Positions 55,995 to 64,000 of a DNA stretch of 64,000 bases are shown here, piece after piece. Numbering within the stretch: the stretch's first letter is position 1; each line of letters opens with the position of its first letter. The DNA comes from a virus. Its lineage: Duplodnaviria > Caudoviricetes. The notes beneath the pieces are model-generated. The model ran no database searches and was not told the origin of the DNA. It saw only the letters and a list, made by a program, of their open reading frames with translations. Where the stretch lies: positions 1-64,000 of IMG/VR virus record IMGVR_UViG_2716884858_000003; one strand, written 5' to 3'. The position numbers were made by a program, and so were the translations under genes.

Positions 55995-58900
55995 TCAGTG
56001 CAGTGCGCCGACCTCGGTTGCTGAGAGCGTCCGTGGGTAGACGTGGAGGTCGGCGACGGAGCCGGGGAAGGCCAGGTAGGGGCTGGTGGCTGCTGCGCTG
56101 TTGACGCAGCCGCCGATGGTCAGGGGCATGGAGGAGTCGTACTGGGGGCTGAGGTTGGTGGCGGTCCCCATGAGGGTCCCGTTTTGGTAGAGGGCCATCG
56201 AGCCGGTGCCGGACTTTCCGGCGACGGGTGCCCGGTAGGCGGCGACGAGGTGGGTCCAGGTGCCGATGGGGCCGGTGTTGGGGTCTCCTTCTGCGGTGGG
56301 GAAGTCGGAGTTCTCGTCGTTGGTGGTGGTGGTCTGGAACATCCAGGCGCCACTGGGTTTGTCGTAGGAGATGTAGAACGCCTGGTGTTGGGTGGTGCCC
56401 TGGCAGACAGCGGTGGTGCCGAGGGCTGAGTTGATCTTCACCCAGGCGGAGACGGTGTAGTCGCCGAGTGTGTTCACCGCGCTCTGCTTGCTCTTGAGGA
56501 AGCCGGTGTTCCCGTCGAAGGCGACGCTGCCGGCCATCCCGCTCGGTGCGTCGGTGCCGTAGGTGGCGCTGCCGGAAGCGGTGAACGGGTTGAGGGCGGC
56601 GGTGTCGGTCCCGCTGGTGGCGAGCTTCCATTCGTCCTCGGGCATCCCGTTGCCCCAGCCCGCCGGCACGATCACGCTGTCTGCGCCGGCCTGGTCGCTC
56701 GGCATGGCGTACGGGTAGGTGTGAACGTCGGCCACGGAGCCGGGGAAGGCGGCGTACGGCGTGGTCGCGTCGACGCTGTTGACGCAGCCGCCGATGGTCA
56801 GGGGCATGGACGAGTCGTACTGCGGGGTGACGTTGTTGGCCGTCCCCATCAGGGTGCCGTTCTGGTAGAGCGACATCACGCCCGTGCTGGAGTCGCCGTC
56901 GACCGGGGCCGTGTACGTGACCAGCAGGTGCGCCCAGGTGCCTACGGCGGCGGTGTTGCTGTCTCCCTCTGCGGTGGGGAAGTCGGCGCTGGCGTCGTTG
57001 GTGGTCGTGGTCTGGAACATCCAGCCCTTGTTGCCGCTGTCGTAGCCGATGTAGAGGGCCTGGTGCTGGCTGGTGCCCTGGCAGATGGCGGTGGCGCCGA
57101 CATCTGAATTGATCTTCACCCAGGCGGAGATGGTGTAGTCGCCGGAGGTGTTGACGGCGGTGTGGTCGCTCTCCAGGAATCCGGTGCTGCCGTCGAACGA
57201 CGCCGAGCCGGCGCCGGCGTTGACCGCGTTGGGGCCGTCGGAGCTGAAGGTCGCGCTGCCGACTGCGGTGAGCGGGTTGTCTGTGTTGCTGTCGGTGCCG
57301 TCGGTGGCCAGCTCCCAGTCGTCCTCGGGGGTGTCGCTGCCGGTGGCGAGCGGGACGATCAGGTTCGGCTTGATGTCGACCACGGTGTTGGTGTCGTTGA
57401 GGTACTGGCTGGCGAGGTCGGTGTAGTAGGCGTTGGAGGGGTTGCCGCCTGAGAGGTCGGCCGCTTTCACGGTTGAGGAGGTGGTGTTGCCGTCCGTGGA
57501 GACCGCGGCGGCGAAGTCGATGACCTGGGTGGAGAAGCTGTCGAACAGGTAGCCGTTGACCAGCTGACGTGCGGATTCCTGGGTTGCTGTGCCTGGGTGG
57601 GCGGCGGTGAAGGGCGGGATGGTGGCGAGGTAGACGGTGATGTTGGAGTTCTGGGTGATCGGATTGTTGTTGGCGTCGTAGGTCTGGCTGTCGTCGGTGT
57701 AGTACGAGCTCAGCTGGCTGTTGAGGGAGGCCAGTCCGTTCTCCACGTTGGTGGCGCAGGTTCTGGCGTCGCTGGTGCAGTTGAGGAGGTCGGCGGCGCC
57801 GGTGGAGACGAGGACGGTGCGCACGTTGCCCTGGGCCAGCACGTTGCGGTCCACGGGGTTGAGCGCGTCTTTCGGGACGACGCTGTTGGTGATCTGGGGC
57901 AGCAGGTTGTTGCTCAGGCTGGTGCTGTTGGTGCCCGCGTTGAGGACGCCGTAGTCCACGGAGTTGTCCCCGTTGGTGTCACTGACCAGAGCGTTGGTGA
58001 TGGCGTCGCTGAGGTGGTATGGGCTGTTGCTGCTGCCTGCGGTATCACCGTTGATGCTCTGGTCGCCGTAGAGGACCAGCGAGCCGGTGGGGGTGGAGGT
58101 GGGGGTGTAGCTGGGGGTGGTGACGTCGATGCCGGTGAGGTAGGGCAGACCGGTGTAGGTGGTCTGCGTGTAGTTGGTGGCGGCGGTGTCACTGGTGCGG
58201 TTGGCGGCATCGCTGGCCCAGACGGGGGTCTGGGCCACGGCGTGGCCGGGCATCGCCGACGTTGAGCCGTGCACCTGCAGGCTGATCAGGACGGTCGCCT
58301 GTTGTGTGACGGGCAGGGTCACTGGGTTGCTGGTGGCGTCGCCACCTGCCGGGATGGTGACGGAGGGGGAGGCGGGGGTGCCGAAGGTCAGCGGGGTCGG
58401 GGTTGCGGTCGCGGTGGCGCCGCCTGCTGTGGTGTCCTGCAGTGCGACGGAGGCCGCGTCGAAGGTCACCGGGGTGGTGCCCATGGCGTTGGACAGGTGG
58501 ATGCGTACGCCGTTGCCGGTGTCGGTACCGACACTGACGTGCGCTGGGATACGGAGCGTCTGCCCTGCGTTGATGCTGGCGGTGTTGCCGTTGGACTGCT
58601 GCACCTTGGCGGTGTCCTGGACCGAGGCCCAGGTGCCGACCCAGTGCTGGGGGCTTGATCCGCCGGTGAGGGTCATCGGCCGCAGGCCGAGCCCGAGGAC
58701 GTGCAGGGAGGGCTGGCCTGCCTGGACGCCGTTGGTGAACAGCGGCAGGGAGATGCTGCTGACGACCGAGCCGGGGCATTGCAGCGGGACGCTGATGGCG
58801 TAGATCTTGGGGCCGGGGCTCGGGCTGGTCTGTGTGTTGTTGCTGTGGTTCTCGTGGACCAGGCTGATGGAGGCCGCGGAGGCCGGGCCGGAGAGCCAGT

Positions 58901-61900
58901 CGGGCACGGTGTCCAGTTGGTAGGGCTGATCGAATGGGTTGTTTTGGTCCGCGCAGTTGTTCTTGGCGTAGGTGATGGTGCCGCCGGTGCCCTTGGCGGC
59001 GCCGCCGGTGGCGAAGGCGAGGAAGACCAGGGCGTCGCCGGTGTTGACCACTCCGCTGCCCGGCAGGGTGATGGTCTGGCCGGAGGCCAGCATGTTGTCG
59101 TACGTGCCGGTGCCGAACTTCGGCAGTGTGACGGTGGCGCCGTCGACGGTGACGGTCTTGTTGCTCTGCCAGCCCGACGTGCTCGTCAGGTCGGATGAGT
59201 TGATGCTGTTGCCGGAGCCGTCGGCGTCCGCTGTGCTGGTTGTGGTGGTGAAGGTGCTGGTGGCGGTGTTGTTCAGGCAGCTGCTGGTGTCGTTGATCGC
59301 GCACGTGAGTGCCGAGCCGAGGCGCAGTACGTCGATGCCGGCCTGGTAGCCGGTGGAACTGGGGTTCTTGCCGCTCAGAGTGAGGGTGAGGGTGTGTACG
59401 CCTTGTTTGAGGGTGAGCAGCTGGCCGCCGGCGTCCTTGGGGATGCCGAGGTTGAGGAACTGGGTGGTGGTGTAGGAGTTGTAGGCGTCGAAGCCGCTGA
59501 TCAGGGTGGACTGGGTGCTCTGGCCCGCGTCCAGGACCAGGCGGTAGATCCCGTAGTCCTTGCCCTTGGTCAGGTTCGCTCCGAAGCTCCAGGGGCCGTC
59601 CTTGGGGATGTCGAAGCTGAAGGTGGCGCTGTCACCGCTGATGACCTTCGAGGTGGTGCTCTTGTTGGCGAGCATGGCCTGGTAGCCGTCGGCGAAGTCG
59701 TAGCCGCTGAAGGCCGCCTGGCTGATCAGCTGGCCGCCGGTGCTGGTGGTCGTGGCCTTGGGTACGGCAGTGGTGGTGCCGTCAGTGTTGGTCGCGGTCC
59801 AGCCGCTGATCATCTTGTCGCCGTAGGCGTAGGTCGGGGTGCTGGTCCCAGCGTAGAAGACGTAGGACGTCTCGGAGAGGGACGTCGAGCCGGCCTGGTC
59901 CACCGCCTTGGCGTACAGCGTGTGAGGTCCGGCCGAGCCGGGGGCGAAAACGGGGGAGGCACTGCCGTTGAGGACCGAGGTCCCGGTGCCGGGACCGTTG
60001 TCGGACGTGGCGTAGTAGATGTTGCCCTTTGTGATTTTCGTGCTTGCTGTCAAGTGGATGACGCCGCTGCTGGTGTACACCGTGCTGGCGAGTGTGGCGT
60101 CCAGGGAGAACAGGTAGCCGGTGATGTTGTTGGTGTGGTTGTTGCCCAGGACGAAGGTGCCCTGGTCGCCGAAGGCGGCGCCGATCTGCTTGGCGGGGAA
60201 CTGACTGGAGGTCACCGTGGGGGAGGGTGGGGCGCTGGTGTCCACGGTGAAGGTCTGGGTCTTGGTCCAGATGCCGGAGCCGGGGCCGACCCAGTAGCCT
60301 GCCGCGTTCTGTGCGGTGGCCTTCCAGGTGTAGGTGCCGTCCGGCAGGTGCGGGGTTGTCCAGTCGCTGCCGTTGGTGTTGTAGCGTGCGCGTTTTTTGG
60401 AGTCGAGGTTGGGGCCGAAGCCCTGGCCCACGAGGGTGCCTGAGGAGTTGTAGACGCTGTAGTCGATGCGCACCAGCTCGCTGCCGCCGGCCAGGTCGGG
60501 GTCGACCGCGCGGGCGGACAGCGTCGGGGTGTGGGTGGTGGTCATCGTCTTGCCCGAGCTGACGATGGACGGCTTGATGGCGGGGGTACCGGTGCCGTTC
60601 TTGAGCTTGGGCCGGTAGCTGTAGGTGACCGACAGGGTGGCGCCCCCGCCGTAGGCGAGCTGCTTCCACTGGTAGGGGTCGTTCATGTCGGGCGACTGGA
60701 CCATCAGCGTCATGCTGCTCCAGCTGCCGCCCGCCGCGCTCTGGGCCCGGGAGGTGACATCGAACTCCAGCGACGGCGGGCTGACCCAGGAGTTGGACCC
60801 CTCTTTGACCGGGCAGGTGCCGGCCTCCTTGCTCTTCGGGTCGGTGCCGAGGGCGCCGGTGCGCCCGCCGGGCTCATGCCCCCAGTACAGCGAGGAGGAG
60901 TTCCATCCGGCGGGGCGGTCGGTGCCGTAGACGGCGGCCGGGGTGTCGTCGCAGGAGGCGGCGGAGAGCTGGGTCACGTACAGCGAGGCATGACTGACCA
61001 CGGCGCCCTTGATGCCGCTGGTGTTGATCTGGTAGTAGGTGCGGGCGCGCTCACCGTTGCCGGGGGCGGTGTTGTCCCATCCCTCCCGGGCGTTGGTCGC
61101 TCCGCTGGTGGACGTCGAGTTGTAGACGTTCCACCCGTTGTCGGAGATCCGGGCCCAGTCCAGCTGGGAGGGCCTGCCGCTCCACTCCGGGTCCACGTAG
61201 ACCGGGTAGGTGGTGGTCTTGGCGGTGAGCAGGGACTTGTCCAGGCCGAGCAGCTGCTTGCCGTGCTTGAGAGTCACATGCACCCGGGCACGGTGCGTGC
61301 CGACCCTGGCTGCGGCGGTGTGCTCGGCCCGCGCGGCAGAGACGGTCGCCGTCCGGGCGAGCGCCTTGCCTCCGGCCTTCTGGCCGGTGCTGTCCCACAT
61401 CAGCGCGGTGTCGCTGTGGAACACCGTCTTACCGGTCTGCTTGTCGGTGGCCTGGGCGCCGCCGTTCGCGGTGGCGGCCAGCTTGAGGTTGGCCGCAGTG
61501 GTGTTCCATGCGAGGCTTTGCAGCCGCGGATCGGCTGCGGCCTTGGGGGTCTTGACCACCAGGATCGAGGAGTAGCCGGAGGCGTCCGCGGTCAGCTGGA
61601 GGTCGACCCCGGGCAGCACCTCCGGGTAGGTGGCGGTGTCTTTGGAGATCACCGGTTTGGGGAGTGCGCCCGGCCAGGAGAAGCCCAGCTTGTCGGCCCC
61701 GTCGCGCATCGTGACCAGCGCGCCGGAGCCACCGTCGGAGAAGGCCACGTGCGTGACGGCGGCCTTGGGTGCCCAGGTCCCGTCCGGCTGCCGCACCAGG
61801 GTGGTGTCGATGGGGACCCATTTGCCTTGCTGCTGCACACGCTGGGGCATCGAGGTATCGGTCCGGGTGAAGGTGCCGTCCGGGTTGGCCACCACCTGGG

Positions 61901-62174
61901 TCCCGGTGCCGGTGAGCTGGTTGATGGTCACCGGCTGGCCGGTCGCCTTCGCCTGCGCGGACGCCGACTCCGTGGGGTTGAGGCGCCTGGCCGCGGGCTG
62001 GGCGCGGTCGCTTGGCGACGTGGCCTGGTGTGAGGAGGCCGGCGCGTCGGATGCGGCGTGGGCCGGTGCCGTGGCGGCCAGTGATCCGGCAGCCAGGGTG
62101 GCGACGACGGCGGCGGCGATCGGTCTCGACGTGGGGCGTCTGGACGCGTGCACGGTTTTGCGAGAAGCGGACAT
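55995..62174 (-). CDS. Large secreted multidomain protein (SGNH-like region, two C-terminal LamG domains), Rhs-locus associated
   Basis: Signal peptide, VVANPDGTFT, YPVYVDP, two YT.SAWVK...W.HL...LYQNG repeats. Confidence 0.88.
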   Translation of the reverse strand: MSASRKTVHASRRPTSRPIAAAVVATLAAGSLAATAPAHAASDAPASSHQATSPSDRAQPAARRLNPTESASAQAKATGQPVTINQLTGTGTQVVANPDGTFTRTDTSMPQRVQQQGKWVPIDTTLVRQPDGTWAPKAAVTHVAFSDGGSGALVTMRDGADKLGFSWPGALPKPVISKDTATYPEVLPGVDLQLTADASGYSSILVVKTPKAAADPRLQSLAWNTTAANLKLAATANGGAQATDKQTGKTVFHSDTALMWDSTGQKAGGKALARTATVSAARAEHTAAARVGTHRARVHVTLKHGKQLLGLDKSLLTAKTTTYPVYVDPEWSGRPSQLDWARISDNGWNVYNSTSTSGATNAREGWDNTAPGNGERARTYYQINTSGIKGAVVSHASLYVTQLSAASCDDTPAAVYGTDRPAGWNSSSLYWGHEPGGRTGALGTDPKSKEAGTCPVKEGSNSWVSPPSLEFDVTSRAQSAAGGSWSSMTLMVQSPDMNDPYQWKQLAYGGGATLSVTYSYRPKLKNGTGTPAIKPSIVSSGKTMTTTHTPTLSARAVDPDLAGGSELVRIDYSVYNSSGTLVGQGFGPNLDSKKRARYNTNGSDWTTPHLPDGTYTWKATAQNAAGYWVGPGSGIWTKTQTFTVDTSAPPSPTVTSSQFPAKQIGAAFGDQGTFVLGNNHTNNITGYLFSLDATLASTVYTSSGVIHLTASTKITKGNIYYATSDNGPGTGTSVLNGSASPVFAPGSAGPHTLYAKAVDQAGSTSLSETSYVFYAGTSTPTYAYGDKMISGWTATNTDGTTTAVPKATTTSTGGQLISQAAFSGYDFADGYQAMLANKSTTSKVISGDSATFSFDIPKDGPWSFGANLTKGKDYGIYRLVLDAGQSTQSTLISGFDAYNSYTTTQFLNLGIPKDAGGQLLTLKQGVHTLTLTLSGKNPSSTGYQAGIDVLRLGSALTCAINDTSSCLNNTATSTFTTTTSTADADGSGNSINSSDLTSTSGWQSNKTVTVDGATVTLPKFGTGTYDNMLASGQTITLPGSGVVNTGDALVFLAFATGGAAKGTGGTITYAKNNCADQNNPFDQPYQLDTVPDWLSGPASAASISLVHENHSNNTQTSPSPGPKIYAISVPLQCPGSVVSSISLPLFTNGVQAGQPSLHVLGLGLRPMTLTGGSSPQHWVGTWASVQDTAKVQQSNGNTASINAGQTLRIPAHVSVGTDTGNGVRIHLSNAMGTTPVTFDAASVALQDTTAGGATATATPTPLTFGTPASPSVTIPAGGDATSNPVTLPVTQQATVLISLQVHGSTSAMPGHAVAQTPVWASDAANRTSDTAATNYTQTTYTGLPYLTGIDVTTPSYTPTSTPTGSLVLYGDQSINGDTAGSSNSPYHLSDAITNALVSDTNGDNSVDYGVLNAGTNSTSLSNNLLPQITNSVVPKDALNPVDRNVLAQGNVRTVLVSTGAADLLNCTSDARTCATNVENGLASLNSQLSSYYTDDSQTYDANNNPITQNSNITVYLATIPPFTAAHPGTATQESARQLVNGYLFDSFSTQVIDFAAAVSTDGNTTSSTVKAADLSGGNPSNAYYTDLASQYLNDTNTVVDIKPNLIVPLATGSDTPEDDWELATDGTDSNTDNPLTAVGSATFSSDGPNAVNAGAGSASFDGSTGFLESDHTAVNTSGDYTISAWVKINSDVGATAICQGTSQHQALYIGYDSGNKGWMFQTTTTNDASADFPTAEGDSNTAAVGTWAHLLVTYTAPVDGDSSTGVMSLYQNGTLMGTANNVTPQYDSSMPLTIGGCVNSVDATTPYAAFPGSVADVHTYPYAMPSDQAGADSVIVPAGWGNGMPEDEWKLATSGTDTAALNPFTASGSATYGTDAPSGMAGSVAFDGNTGFLKSKQSAVNTLGDYTVSAWVKINSALGTTAVCQGTTQHQAFYISYDKPSGAWMFQTTTTNDENSDFPTAEGDPNTGPIGTWTHLVAAYRAPVAGKSGTGSMALYQNGTLMGTATNLSPQYDSSMPLTIGGCVNSAAATSPYLAFPGSVADLHVYPRTLSATEVGALH

Positions 62175-62512
62175 CGCGGTTGGGGTCCTTCGCGGGTTTC
62201 ATGCGGTTCCCCCCGTGGGCCCCGCGCCGCTGTGCATTCTGTGTGGCTGGTGTGTGCGGGGTCCATCGTCCATGGATTGCCAAGTGCCCGTCTGTGGTTC
62301 GTTTTTGACGCATTGGGGTCAACTTGAGTTCCAGTTTGGGTGATTCCTTTGTTCTTCCTGTGGAGATACTTTGCGTATCGGGTCGATCTCAGGCCGTAGC
62401 GTGAGCCCCCGCGGGGGACTTGATCGACGTGTGCCTCCGTTTTGACGTGCACTCAAATCGCCGCAGTTGAGGGGAACTTGGGCGGTTCGGGGCTGGGGAG
62501 GGGACGCACAGC

Positions 62513-64000
62513 ATGGCGGGGATTTCGGGGTGGAGACGCGGTCGGGCGGCCTGGGCTGCCCGGAGGGTTCGTCGCACGGCAGTGGTGATGGCCGGTGCCT
62601 TGGTGGTGGGCCTGCTGCCCGCCGGCGTGGCCGCGGCCACGCCGGTGAAGCCGCACGTGGCGGCTCCCGCCGCTCCGCACAACAAACGGGTTCCCTTGGC
62701 CCGGCCCTGGCCCAAGCGGAGTTCATCTCCCAAGCGGTTCAAGCACTTCGACCCCAGCGGGCACACGAAGCTCCCCTCGCCGGGCAGCGCCGTGGTGACC
62801 CTGCCCAACGCGGCTGCCTCCGCGAGCCTGAGCGCCAAGGCGGCTCAGGTACGGGCCGGAAATCTGCCTGTCCTGCTCGGTGCTGCCGCGGGCTCGCAGG
62901 CCCGGTCTGCCGCCGTCATCGGGTCGCAGCGGGTACGGGTGACGATGCTGGCCCAGACGTCCGCGCGCGCGGCCGGTGTCCACGGTGTGCTGTTCACGCT
63001 GCAGCGCACCAGCCCGGGGAGCGGGAAGGTCGCGCTGCGGGTGGACGACTCCTCGTTCCGCTACGCCTTCGGCGGTGACTTCGCCTCGCGCCTGCACTTG
63101 GTTCAGCTGCCCGCCTGTGCGCTGACCACGCCGAAGCTGGCCAAGTGTCAGGCTCAGGCCGCGGTGCGCACCACCCCCGGAACGCCGCTGACCGCCCAGG
63201 TCTCGGTGCCGGGCTCTTCCGCCGCCTCCGGCACGGGGGTCTCTCCTCGCTCGGCAACGGCTGCGTCCAGTGCGATGGTCGTCATGGCGGCGACCGCAGG
63301 CTCTTCCGGGTCATCCGGTGACTACTCGGCGACCGCTCTGTCGCCGGGCGGCTCCTGGTCGACCTCGGGGAACACCGGCGCGTTCACCTACAGCTACCCG
63401 ATCGCCGTGCCGCGGGCGATCGGCGGAGCGGCCCCGAATGTGGACCTGTCGTACAGCTCCGCCAGCCAGGACGCGCGCACCGAGGGGACGAACAATCAGC
63501 CCTCGTGGCTGGGTGACGGCTGGACCTCGACGGAGAACTACGTCGAGCGCACCTACAAGTCGTGCGACGACGACTCCTCGTCCGGCGCGCCGAAGAACGA
63601 CGGCGACGAGTGCTGGGCGGGGCAGATCCTGACCCTGTCGCTGAACGGCACCTCCACCGACATCGTCTATGACGACGCGACCAAGACCTTCCGTCCCGCC
63701 GACGACAACTCCACCACCAAGATCGAGGACCTGAGCAACGGCACGAACGGCACCAAGAACGGTGAGTACTTCAAGGTCACCGAGGGTGGCGTGCAGTACT
63801 TCTTCGGCCTCAACCGCCTGCCGGGCTGGTCCAGCGGCAAGGACGAGACGAAGTCCGTGTGGACCGTGCCGGTGTACCACGCGCACAGCGGAGTGTCCGA
63901 CTGCCCGGACAGCACCGACTTCGCCTCCACCTCCTGCACGCTGGGCTACCGCTTCAACCTGGACTACGCGGTCGACACCCACGGCAACGCCACCGCCTGG
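62513..64000 (+). CDS. Rhs/YD-repeat polymorphic toxin, N-terminal part (runs off the window)
   Basis: Open frame from ATG 62513 with signal peptide; GDYSATALSP.GSW, FTYSYPI, NNQPSWLGDGW, YVER.YKSC, SVWTVPVY, YRFNLDY. Confidence 0.85.
   Translation, partial: MAGISGWRRGRAAWAARRVRRTAVVMAGALVVGLLPAGVAAATPVKPHVAAPAAPHNKRVPLARPWPKRSSSPKRFKHFDPSGHTKLPSPGSAVVTLPNAAASASLSAKAAQVRAGNLPVLLGAAAGSQARSAAVIGSQRVRVTMLAQTSARAAGVHGVLFTLQRTSPGSGKVALRVDDSSFRYAFGGDFASRLHLVQLPACALTTPKLAKCQAQAAVRTTPGTPLTAQVSVPGSSAASGTGVSPRSATAASSAMVVMAATAGSSGSSGDYSATALSPGGSWSTSGNTGAFTYSYPIAVPRAIGGAAPNVDLSYSSASQDARTEGTNNQPSWLGDGWTSTENYVERTYKSCDDDSSSGAPKNDGDECWAGQILTLSLNGTSTDIVYDDATKTFRPADDNSTTKIEDLSNGTNGTKNGEYFKVTEGGVQYFFGLNRLPGWSSGKDETKSVWTVPVYHAHSGVSDCPDSTDFASTSCTLGYRFNLDYAVDTHGNATAW

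Noticed and set aside
56000-57320. Duplicated sequence in the large gene as a DGR or recombination cassette
   Set aside because: Explained by two paralogous LamG domains with scattered differences

Overview
High-GC actinobacterial (Streptomyces-like) DNA. Positions 1-~55,640 are an integrated, apparently truncated temperate prophage, in this order: tyrosine integrase, repressor/Cro switch, YqaJ-RecT recombination, HNH, exonuclease, RuvC-like and WhiB genes, an iteron-bearing replication initiator, many small hypothetical genes, a membrane-protein module, a separately promoted early region, a 7-deazaguanine DNA-modification cluster (three ParB-like genes, DpdA/TGT-like, QueD-like paralog, QueD, QueE, FolE; no QueC), and small plus intein-containing large terminase. 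No portal, capsid, tail or lysis genes follow. Instead there are three head-to-tail IS110 elements and the 3' half of a CAT-anticodon tRNA (probable attR). Inserted passengers are a Lamassu/ABC-three-component defence operon interrupting a Gp88-like gene, and a transposase-less IS21-type cassette (about 219-bp inverted ends, 5-bp target duplication) carrying a membrane-protein gene. Three dispersed non-coding motif families stand out: a symmetric 28-bp operator/promoter (5 copies), intergenic hairpins with variable stems but a conserved CCCGATA loop (7 copies), and clusters of the palindrome TGTCCGGACA and its half-sites. Beyond attR lie a 2059-aa secreted LamG protein and the start of a divergent Rhs-type protein. 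All product calls come from motif recognition by eye, not database searches.
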